Source: a virus
IMG/VR virus record: IMGVR_UViG_3300037852_000055
Location: 1-64,000 of that record
DNA: 64,000 nt
Reading direction: 5' to 3' (one strand)
The first letter of the stretch is position 1; every line of letters starts with the position of its first letter. Both the position numbers and the translations under genes were made by a program. The notes beneath the pieces were generated by a model. It was not told the DNA's origin and did no database searches. It saw nothing but the letters and a program-made list of their open reading frames with translations. Below, in pieces: positions 39,395-47,706 of this stretch.

Positions 39395-40278
39395 TCACTT
39401 TTTCAAACATAGTCCCATCCTTTGTAATTCCTTTGTGAATTCCTTGGCCCCGGCCTCGGCCTTAAGCCGTTGCCAGAACGGAAGATTTAACCAGCCGCGC
39501 ACTCCTTGGGGAACCTCAGCATCAAAGCAAAGGTTTTTGTACTCCACCCAACAATGCCCTACACCTTTGATGTTATGCCCTGCAATTTTTGAGCCTTCTA
39601 CAAAGTCAAACACAATGGTCGCCCATTCAAAACACTGGCCATCGTTTATGTCCTGCTCCGGCATTCCTTTGAACAATAAGGTAGCGTGTAGACAAGCCTC
39701 GGTACACAAAAGCCTGTCCCGTTTCAATGCTAGGCGTGCCTTGAACTTCTTGTCCACCCTCTTAGTCAAAATTGCCCTCCATAGGGTTATCCTCGGTTTC
39801 TTCTTCGTAATCATCAAATGGATCGTCCCAAGGATAGTCATGGTCTTCTTCATACCATGGGGAAGCATAGTCCCAATCGTCATCTATGAAGTTCATTGTT
39901 CTACCTTTCTGGGAAGCATAATCTTTCCCCATTGCCCTGTAGACTCATTGTACTGTTGCTGTGGTCTACCCTGGCATTTCCTTTGTTTCCACTCGGCAGC
40001 GGCCCGGTAGTTTTTCCGTGAATTATTTTTGGTTTTCTTAAGGATTCCTTCTGGTCTAGCCATTAAATTTTCTCCTCCCAATACCTTGTATGCTGTGCTG
40101 CCCACTCTGCATCTTTCTTGGGATACCCATCGCGCACAAGCGTAGCAGCCACGCTCAGGCCCTCCGGTAGGAATTGCTTGGGGAACCCATAGCGCCACCC
40201 ACTAGGAGGGTCATAGATCGTCACAGTGTTTGGCTTGGCAATAACCTCGTGTACTTCGGTCATGCTCAGCACTTTCAT
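39395..40278 (-). other. Small hypothetical CDS (39395-39883, 39893-~40063, 40063-40278)
   Basis: Packed ORFs; 40063-40278 has DPPSGWRYGFPK; 39395-39883 has GQC..WA..GHCWV...FDAE. Confidence 0.5.
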
Positions 40279-40928
40279 CCTGTCACCAACTGTACACGGC
40301 CTTGGTTGTCTGCGCCGAATTCACGTTGGGCAAATTCAATGGCTTCTTTGTGGGTATGAAACACAGCAACATTTTGGAATGCACCCTCTGGATCACCAAT
40401 AGCTTCTGATGTGGGAATGTCTACATAATAAGTTCTCTGTTCTTTTTCCATTTTAAGCCTCCATTTGGCCCACGTATCTGCTACGTTGTCGCTGTTTGTG
40501 CCTTCAAATAGATGAGAAAAACGCACACAAAGCCTGTTATCACATTTATGCAAAGCTTGTGGGTTAGGCCATTTTCCTGTGGCTAAAAACCAAGCAACTC
40601 TGTGGGCCAGCTTAGTTACACGACGAGGTTCAATGCCAACACTTCCATATCCGCTTCCAGTTTTTGCTCCTGTCCAAAACCAACACCTTGTATCGGCAAT
40701 ATCCGGGTGCATTTTTGTAGACCTTTTGCTTGGCAAAGGGCCGCGTTTGTTCACTTTAGCCCAAAAACGCTCGTTTAATGGTTTTCTTTTTAGGCGGCTG
40801 TTATGCCCAGAAATAAACCTAATAGGTTGTCCTTTTACCCAGCCCATCCTTGAGCGTGTTCTAACAGCTATGGGGGCTGGTTTTCCACAGCCACATTCAC
40901 ATAGTTTTACTTTCCTTGTTCTAGCCAA
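40275..40928 (-). CDS. HNH homing endonuclease fused in frame to a small downstream gene
   Basis: LCECGCG, RFWAKV, CWFWTG, AHRVAW, LHKCDNRLCV..SHL..GT..DN; internal GGAGG-ATG (MEKEQ) at 40452. Confidence 0.8.
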   Translation of the reverse strand: MARTRKVKLCECGCGKPAPIAVRTRSRMGWVKGQPIRFISGHNSRLKRKPLNERFWAKVNKRGPLPSKRSTKMHPDIADTRCWFWTGAKTGSGYGSVGIEPRRVTKLAHRVAWFLATGKWPNPQALHKCDNRLCVRFSHLFEGTNSDNVADTWAKWRLKMEKEQRTYYVDIPTSEAIGDPEGAFQNVAVFHTHKEAIEFAQREFGADNQGRVQLVTG

Positions 40929-41806
40929 TATGTGTACTGTCCTCTGCTTTCTTTGTTCATTCTGTTTATAAGCTGTAAACTTTCATACTCTGGCATTCCT
41001 ATGCTCATGAATGGTATTCCCATGCGTGTAAAGTGCTCTCGTTCAAAGAATAGCTCCAAAGGTTTATCCCCGACTACAGTGAAGTACGTTTGGTATCGCA
41101 TCTACGCTCCTTTCGATTGGGTCGTTTCTTAGACACGGCAACCATGGCGTATACATGGGTATTAGAATGGCCCACCTTGGTTTCTCCCATGCGTGTCCTG
41201 AACCCTACCCTTCGGAGAGACACGGTTAACCCAAGGATAGTCGCTAGCCCGGCTTCGGTATGTGGGAAGATGTAGTGCTCGACCATTTTATCCTCCAGTA
41301 TATTTCAAGAAGTTTAACAGCGTGCTCACAAGCTCATGCACAGGAGTACTCAAGGATAATTGATCTACCTTTTCAATGAGCACCTGTAGTTCTGTTTTTT
41401 CGTATGCAAGGTATACAATTTCCTGCTGAGGTTCTGCCATGGTTCTCCTTTTCTCTCTGGGCAACAAAGGCTTTACCCGATGCAATTACCCTATGGATAA
41501 ATGCAAGGTTTAGTTTAATGGGTTTAGTAGGCTTCAATTTTGAACCCATACTTTTTCATATCATCTGGGTAAGTAGCAGCAAAAAATTGCTGTGCAGGAA
41601 GGGACAATTGACTCCACGTAGTATCTGGGTCTGCTTCGATATTGTCAAAGTCAATTATATCAGCTTGCCCTGTGTTCAATAGGTCTACCTGAGCATTGCC
41701 AACGTATTGCACTGTGCCACCATCTACAACTACAAAGAATGGCCCAAGGTTTGCCAAGGTTTCCTTAGTAGCATCACGCTCAAGTTTGTCGTTACGTCTT
41801 GTCATT
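40907..41806 (-). other. Small hypothetical early CDS (40907-41101, 41074-41286, 41288-~41440, 41524-~41806)
   Basis: GGAG RBSs and tight packing. Confidence 0.5.
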
Positions 41807-41879
41807 TGCTTCCCCTTTCCTAATGGTGATAAATTCCACGCTTTGTAGCCCCAAGACAACATAGAACCCAAGGTTTTCA

Positions 41880-42839
41880 TCACACCCCCAGCGTAGCAAT
41901 GTACGCATGAATTCTTGACACAACCATTGAACCTTCCCCGGCACTTGCAGCGATACGCTTGACCGACCCTGAGCGTATGTCTCCTGCGGCAAATACCCCT
42001 AGGCATGAAGTCTGGTAATCACTGGTGTTTATAAACCCTAGGGAATCCAGTTCACATGCCCCCTGTAACCAAGCAGTCCTAGGAATAGCCCCAATAAATA
42101 CAAAGAGTCCATCTGTTTTCACTGTAGTTGCCTTGTCTTCCGAAGGCAAAGCATGGCTGTTGATTGTGATTGACTGCAAAACTTCACCGTTACCTGTAGC
42201 AGAGGTAACCTCTGAGTCAAGCAACACGGTGATGTTCTTGGTCTGCTCAATGCGTGCCAGTAGATAAGCACTCAGGTTAGTTCCCAAGGAAGTCGAGCGT
42301 ACAACTAAGCTTACTCGCTCAGCAAACTTAGCTAACCACAAAGCAGCTTGCCCTGCGCTATTAGCCCCACCCACTACAGTTACTTTCTTGTCCTTGAATT
42401 CATAAGCAGAGTCCATATTTAACCCATAGAACACACCCTTGTGAATGTATTCTTCAACACCTGGGGCTTCCAGTTTACGCCACTGCAATCCCTGAGCCAA
42501 CAACACAGCTTTGCCAATGATCTTTGAGTCGTTGCTCAATGACACAGTGCGGTAGTGACCGTCTATAGTCAATCCTGTGGCATTAACCCCGGTAATAAAC
42601 TTGGCACCAAAACGTTTGGCTTGGGTATATGCTCTGGACATTAATTGCGGCCCCGTAAGTCCATTGGGAAACCCAAGGTAGTTTTCGATGCGCGATGAAT
42701 GCTTTGCTTGTCCTCCTACTTTGTCTTCTGCTTCGATTACTACAGTAGATATACCCTCGCTTGCAGAGTTCATTGCTGCGGAAAGCCCTGCTGGGCCTGC
42801 GCCAACAATTACCAGATCAGCAAATTGCATAGGTGTCAT
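41880..42839 (-). CDS. Thioredoxin-reductase-like FAD/NAD(P) oxidoreductase lacking CxxC
   Basis: IVGAGPAG, GGQA..SSRIENYLGFP, VVGGANSAGQAA, GVFAAGDIR; GVFYGLNMD where TrxB has CATC. Confidence 0.88.
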   Translation of the reverse strand: MTPMQFADLVIVGAGPAGLSAAMNSASEGISTVVIEAEDKVGGQAKHSSRIENYLGFPNGLTGPQLMSRAYTQAKRFGAKFITGVNATGLTIDGHYRTVSLSNDSKIIGKAVLLAQGLQWRKLEAPGVEEYIHKGVFYGLNMDSAYEFKDKKVTVVGGANSAGQAALWLAKFAERVSLVVRSTSLGTNLSAYLLARIEQTKNITVLLDSEVTSATGNGEVLQSITINSHALPSEDKATTVKTDGLFVFIGAIPRTAWLQGACELDSLGFINTSDYQTSCLGVFAAGDIRSGSVKRIAASAGEGSMVVSRIHAYIATLGV

Positions 42840-43300
42840 AGGGTAGCTGGTTCAATTGCTTTGATGTACTTAGGCTCCACGGTACAGCGGCACACATAGC
42901 CATTGTAGTCACTGTTATCCCCTTCAAAGGCGCTGGCTAATGCAAGTGGTATATCAAAAGCTATTACTACAGGTTCTTCTTTGCACTTACAGGAGTCACC
43001 AAACTTAATAAACTCACTGCCATAAGTAGGGTGAACTAGTTTATCTCCCTTGCTGGCCATTTCATATTCTGCCCTAAACACAGCATACCCCGTAGCTGCC
43101 AGTTTATCCTTGGTAACATATACAAAAGGCTCTTGTTCAGATGGGTAATCTTTCCATCGCCGCCGTTCATTCTCAATTCCAAAGAACATGCTAAGCATAT
43201 CATGGGCACTCATATCATAGACGTATTCACGGTGAGGCACTAGGCCTTCACGTTGAATTGCCTCGGCTCTACGCTTTGTAGTTCCATGGTAATAAAGCAC
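42836..43300 (-). CDS. ADP-ribosyltransferase-fold (H-Y clade, Tpt1/PARP-like) protein
   Basis: YYHGT..A..I..EGL, VYVT...A..YA, V.PKYI; AAGGAG before GTG 43300. Confidence 0.6.
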   Translation of the reverse strand: MLYYHGTTKRRAEAIQREGLVPHREYVYDMSAHDMLSMFFGIENERRRWKDYPSEQEPFVYVTKDKLAATGYAVFRAEYEMASKGDKLVHPTYGSEFIKFGDSCKCKEEPVVIAFDIPLALASAFEGDNSDYNGYVCRCTVEPKYIKAIEPATL

Positions 43301-43405
43301 TGGTTTCTCCTTTAGTGAATGTAAATCAAACCCACTGCGAACACTGTGAACCACAGGGCAACCACAAGGGCTGCAAGGAAAGTTTTGAATTGGTTATACA
43401 TGGGC

Positions 43406-43777
43406 CTAATACCTCACTCTGGTATCGGTAAATGCCGTGGTCAAAGCTTGGGCAGCATGACGTTTAATGCTGTTCATACATTTTGACAATGCTGGCCCTA
43501 CTTCCATGTGGCACGCACTGAAATCTACAGGTACAGCCATTGTAACCTCGGGCTTGTGCGTTAAAGCTTCAAAACTGTCCTGTGGGTTACTCATGTAGTT
43601 TGCATACCACTCTGGCCAGTTTTCGTCTTTGCCATGAGCCTGTTCGTATACGTGGTGAGCATCAGCGGCCTTACGCATGGCTTGTGCCAATTCATCAACA
43701 GATTCAAATACAACATGCTTATGCCCTGCATGTGCCGAAGGTACGTTGCTTGTAAATTTAGTCAACCAAGTAAACAT
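43406..43777 (-). CDS. Protein with a helical domain like the C-terminus of some glyoxalase-family proteins
   Basis: F.S..ELA.A.R.AA.AH..YE...G.D.NWP.WYA.YM. Confidence 0.55.
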   Translation of the reverse strand: MFTWLTKFTSNVPSAHAGHKHVVFESVDELAQAMRKAADAHHVYEQAHGKDENWPEWYANYMSNPQDSFEALTHKPEVTMAVPVDFSACHMEVGPALSKCMNSIKRHAAQALTTAFTDTRVRY

Positions 43778-43782
43778 AGTTA

Positions 43783-43914
43783 AATGCCCTCCGTCACCTA
43801 GGCATCATAAGGGCTGTGCCTTGTATTGCCATCGTCTGCACGCACTGAGTCAGGGAGAAAACCTAGTTACGCCTAGTGCAGCGGCAACTTGATACCTAGA
43901 TGACGCAGAGCATT
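43783..43914 (-). ncRNA. Long-stem-enclosed RNA / RNase III-like site sequestering an RBS
   Basis: AATGCTCTGCGTCATCTAGGTATCA pairs with TGATGCCTAGGTGACGGAGGGCATT using G.U on the minus strand; the 3' arm holds GGAGGG. Confidence 0.6.
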
Positions 43915-43930
43915 CGCTCTGCGCTAATAG

Positions 43931-45400
43931 TTATTTGTTTCTTAAAATATCAAAAGCTTCTGCTATGCCATGTTTAGCAAAATCATCAGGTAACCCCGCT
44001 GCACGCATAATTTCTTTAGCAAGGTCTACAAACTTATCGTGCCAGAAGTTTGCAGAGTTAACTTGATCATCCACAAGTTTAATCAATTCTTTTCGACTCT
44101 CAAGGAAATACATATCCCCATACTTGAGTCTTCCTTTTTCAGCGGCGAAGTCAAACAGTTGGAAGGCATATTGTTTCTCTGTGAACTTGGTATCAAACAT
44201 AGACTCCTCCTTTAATACTTGCATGGTACAGGCCGTTGCCTGTTGTTCTGTTGCTCCACCAGCTTAAGCACTGGTTCTACATAGTCGCGTGCTACGTCTA
44301 TCTGAGGGTCAAGGTAGGTATCTCGGTAGGTTTTCGAGTCATTGTACGTGAGCACAGCTTTCTTGGTAACACGCACAGGTTTACGCTCAGACCAACGACA
44401 CTCTGCACCTAAGCCTTGTATATCTACAAAACCCCAAGGGGATTTAACAATTACATGCCCCGGTGTTTCTTGTTCATCCAACTCATCCTCAGTGAACAAA
44501 CCATATATCGGCCACTTGGTTTTCTCGTTCATTGCCAAGGCGAAACTGTGGCACTGTCCTCTGGTAAAAACCTTCTCTACTTCTTTGCTAAGAATACCCT
44601 TGGGAATTTGAGTTTCATAGTCTGTTCCAAATACCAAGTAAGTGACATTGCAGTATTCCATGGCTTACTCCTCTGGTGTATTCACGGTTACCTTACCGCG
44701 TTTGCTTGGGGGCAGACACTCGATTAAGTCCCCAAGGGTTAGGTCTTTGATCTTGAGCCTAGGCAATAGGTCACGAAGATCGTAAGGCGTCTGTTGCATC
44801 ACGGCATTGTCTGGGGATGCCCACAGTAGAAACTTGCCATCGTAGGTATACACAGTGCCTATCAGGTCTTGCAAGTGCTCAAGAATTGTCTTAGGCATAA
44901 TGCCCTGTTGCATCCGAGAGTGTATCCACGTTTTCTACCCTTGGGGCTAAGTACATGATCTGCTCAGGCGTAAGTTCCCCAGAGCACGCCTTGAGGTACG
45001 TTGCTTCGTTCATCCATTCCCGGTGGGAATTGTCATAGGACAAACCCTCGGATACCTCTAGTTCAGTGATAAGTGATTCGGCATCGTACACCCCAGAGCC
45101 GCACTCAGAAAAATCAACTCCGGCTCTCACTTAGCACCGCCTTTGGGTAATGCTTTGTACATTTCCTCGGTGAACATAACTTCCCCACGTTTACGCTTGG
45201 GCACAGTCTTGAGTGTTTCCCGGCGCTGCTTGTTGCTCAGTGGTTTCTTCATTGGATTCTCCTTTAATTTCCATCGCTTTGTGTTGTTTGTGTCTTGGGC
45301 AATAACTACCGTCACCTGTTTTCCATAGACAACGGTTTACAGGGCAGAGCTTCCATGGATGATTCAGCTTGTCCTCGGCCACTTTGCTAGCGGTACTCAT
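43931..45400 (-). other. Small hypothetical early CDS (43931-44224, 44212-44661, 44665-44913, 44891-45130, 45127-45315, 45191-45400)
   Basis: Packed ORFs; 44212-44661 has FTRGQCHSFA..H...DI.G pattern. Confidence 0.5.
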
Positions 45401-45409
45401 TTGTCTACT

Positions 45410-45922
45410 CTACTTTCCTACTTTGACTGCATGGGCAATATGCAAACCATACTCCTTGATTTGATCCTCAGTGTATCCAGCAGCTTTGCCAATGGCTTTG
45501 TACTTCTTTTTCCACTCTGCAAACGTACGCACTTGGCAACCAATTGCCAGTTGACCATAAGCACAGTTTGTAATGCTGTGCTTAGTGCCCTGAATATACA
45601 GAGGTGATGTTGCCCAAGCATCGCCAAACACCTGAGCATTGCCATACACCCAAGCATTGCCATACACCCAAGCATTGCCATACACCCGAGCATAGCCATA
45701 CACCTGAGCATAGCCATACACCTGAGCATAGCCATACACCTGAGCATTGCCATACACCCAAGCATCGCCAAACACCTGAGCATTGCCATACACCTGAGCA
45801 TTGCCATACACCCGAGCATTTTCCCCAATAAAAGCTGTTTCCTCCACAGTGGCGGTATTAGCTACCCACCCGCCACCATTCTTATGCTGATGTTGTTCCT
45901 TTGGTTTTAGAAAAGTAATCAC
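45410..45922 (-). CDS. Hexapeptide-repeat (G-N/D/Y-A-x-V-Y/F) beta-helix protein
   Basis: GGAGG before GTG 45922; NGGGWVA, about 11 repeats, IGCQ...EW. Confidence 0.8.
   Translation of the reverse strand: MITFLKPKEQHQHKNGGGWVANTATVEETAFIGENARVYGNAQVYGNAQVFGDAWVYGNAQVYGYAQVYGYAQVYGYARVYGNAWVYGNAWVYGNAQVFGDAWATSPLYIQGTKHSITNCAYGQLAIGCQVRTFAEWKKKYKAIGKAAGYTEDQIKEYGLHIAHAVKVGK
45612..45820. repeat. Coding 18-bp tandem repeat
   Basis: Units such as GCATTGCCATACACCTGA; encode the hexapeptide repeats. Confidence 0.9.
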
Positions 45923-45942
45923 TTTGTAACCTCCCAAATTTT

Positions 45943-46034
45943 CTCAGGGTACTCGCACTGCACTTAAGCCAACCATCTACGCCGGGGCTGATGCGTTGTT
46001 GTATCCTCCACTTAAATGCAGTACACGTCCTGAG
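45943..46034 (-). ncRNA. Long-stem-enclosed RNA / RNase III-like site
   Basis: CTCAGG..GTACTGCATTTAAGT / GCTTAAGTGCAGTGC..CCTGAG with G.U pairs on the minus strand. Confidence 0.55.
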
Positions 46035-46101
46035 GCGTTGTTCCCTCATACTACAGGCATTGGTTATTTGTTCTCTGTAGCAGTTGTACCCGTTCCTCAG
46101 G

Positions 46102-46299
46102 CTAATTCACCTTGGCAATCAGGCCATCCTTCATTGTTACACTGGCAAACCACTTGCGCTGATAAGGGGAAGGCCCAACAACAGCAAAGGTGCCATTGTC
46201 TTTGTACTCAGGGCCAAAAAATCTTGTCTCAACATAGCGCAGTGCTTTACCAACAGATTCCTTCAAGGCTTTCTTAGTCGGATAGCTAGCTCCCATCAT
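46102..46299 (-). CDS. Conserved small phage protein
   Basis: YPTKKALKESVG..L.Y.ET..FG.EY..G; GGAGGG RBS before ATG 46299. Confidence 0.7.
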   Translation of the reverse strand: MMGASYPTKKALKESVGKALRYVETRFFGPEYKDNGTFAVVGPSPYQRKWFASVTMKDGLIAKVN

Positions 46300-46300
46300 T

Positions 46301-47370
46301 GTGATACCCTCCGTACACTCTGTAGCCAATCCACGAATGTCACGCGGCCACGTCTAGGAATTGTGCGTTTATCTACAGAGTGTACGCAAGGTATCACCCT
46401 TGCGTTACCAGTGCCATTGCGGAGTAATAGGATTAAGGTTTGCAGTTGTGCTCCCAGACACTACTCTGGTTTAGCTCCTAGCGTGGTAGTGTGTATACAT
46501 GCTAGGCTTATTTGGCTGCGTACAAACGGGACGTTATCCCGTTCCTACTACTCAGTAATGGCACTGGTATTCCTTAGCACTATGCTGAGTCTTACAGGAG
46601 TCGAACCTGTATCACGCACTCGCCCTGCTATGGGTACTTCTAGAGTGCTGCTAGTCCCCTATGATCTAGCCAAAGTTTAAGACTCAGCATAGTGCTAAGG
46701 GTAGTCACCAGCACCTTAGTACTTAGCAGATACTTGGAAGGCTACACCGTACATTTTTAAGCACCTTCCGGTGCCGTGGTAGTGATACATCGAAGGTCTG
46801 CTAAGAATTAAAGTGCTGGTGGTAGTCACCTTGCATTGGCATCTTATTGTACATGCTGGTAGGTTTCTCAGATGGGTCACTCGCGTCTATACTCCTAGGC
46901 ATTTTTCGGTTCATCCTGGGCACACAATGGACGGTTCACTCTGTCGTTCTCTTTGTCAGCTTGTACAAGACTTTGGACTGAGCCAATGCTTGTGGTGTCC
47001 TGCTTTATCCCCTGTCACTCTCTCGCGCAGTGGGAAGGTATATCAATCGTATACCTGTGATGTACGTTGCACAATACAGTCGCTTGGAGTGTGCCGTGTT
47101 TGCGGCCTAGCTGGTACTCAGGCGATTACACAGCCTTGTCCCATGCTCCATGCCCGGTTTGTGCCCGGTTCATCCTCTGCCGTATCTTGATACCAGAGTG
47201 ACAATCACGCCCTGTCACCACGATGTAGCCTTTGCGTTCTGGCCTCAACGGTTTAATTGTTGGAATGCGTACCGTCCGGTAATGGCGCTCTGTACGCTAT
47301 CAGTTCGGCTATCCGTGGAACCGTCCGCTAAGGGCGCTCTGTCCACTATCGGCTTACCCGCCGAACGTGA
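46301..47370 (-). ncRNA. Array of long-stem-enclosed RNA modules
   Basis: Inverted-repeat units 46301-46397, 46406-46569, 46572-46700, 46706-46821, 46833-46989, 47013-47203; tandem motif 47267-47350; promoter directly upstream. Confidence 0.7.
46572..46700 (-). ncRNA. tRNA-like RNA inside a perfect 23-bp stem
   Basis: T-arm ACAGG-TTCGACT-CCTGT, GCTAG/CTAGC D-like arm, GCACTC/GAGTGC arm with 21-nt loop, no CCA. Confidence 0.65.
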
Positions 47371-47374
47371 AGCT

Positions 47375-47403
47375 AGACTAGTGGAATAGCAAACCATTGT
47401 CAA
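47375..47403 (-). promoter_or_regulatory. Sigma70-type promoter for the RNA array
   Basis: TTGACA-N17-TAGTCT, just downstream of an intrinsic terminator. Confidence 0.7.
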
Positions 47404-47451
47404 CCACAAAATGTAGTGGTCTAATCTTTGGGCATATACAATGGGTTGTGT
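47404..47451. promoter_or_regulatory. Tandem NrdR-box-like operators
   Basis: Minus strand CCACTACATTTTGTGG (47404-47419) and ACACAACCCATTGTAT (47436-47451), 32 bp apart, abutting the -35. Confidence 0.55.
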
Positions 47452-47464
47452 CTTTGTTGAAACC

Positions 47465-47495
47465 AATGAAAAACCCCGGCACGGATGCCGGGGCT
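47465..47495 (-). terminator. Intrinsic terminator
   Basis: CCCCGGCA-TCCG-TGCCGGGG followed by TTTTTCATT on the minus strand. Confidence 0.85.
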
Positions 47496-47512
47496 GATCC
47501 AAAGTGCAGTCC

Positions 47513-47683
47513 CTAGTCCCTGAGCAATTCCCATACCCTACGGTCACCTTCAGAGTATGGGACAATGTATTTCACGCAACCCGGTGTCACTTCTCCACGC
47601 TCCACTGGAATGTGTGTGTGTGTACGCTTGAGTTTCGCTGTGTATGGTTCCTTACCTTCTGTTGTGTGTACGATCTCTAGCAT
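47513..47683 (-). CDS. Small hypothetical protein (56 aa, not in ORF track)
   Basis: GGAGGAAACC-ATG; MLEIVHTTEGKEPY...WELLRD*; ends just before the terminator. Confidence 0.65.
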   Translation of the reverse strand: MLEIVHTTEGKEPYTAKLKRTHTHIPVERGEVTPGCVKYIVPYSEGDRRVWELLRD

Positions 47684-47706
47684 GGTTTCCTCCCGGCGTT
47701 ATGCGC

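Noticed and set aside
45612-45820. 18-bp tandem repeats as a CRISPR array or DGR repeat
   Set aside because: No spacers; units are in frame and encode hexapeptide repeats; no cas or reverse transcriptase gene in the window.
46084-47565. ORFs 46084-46680, 46813-47190, 47150-47389 (+) and 47245-47565 (-)
   Set aside because: No RBS, atypical composition; they cross the promoter, terminator or long inverted repeats.
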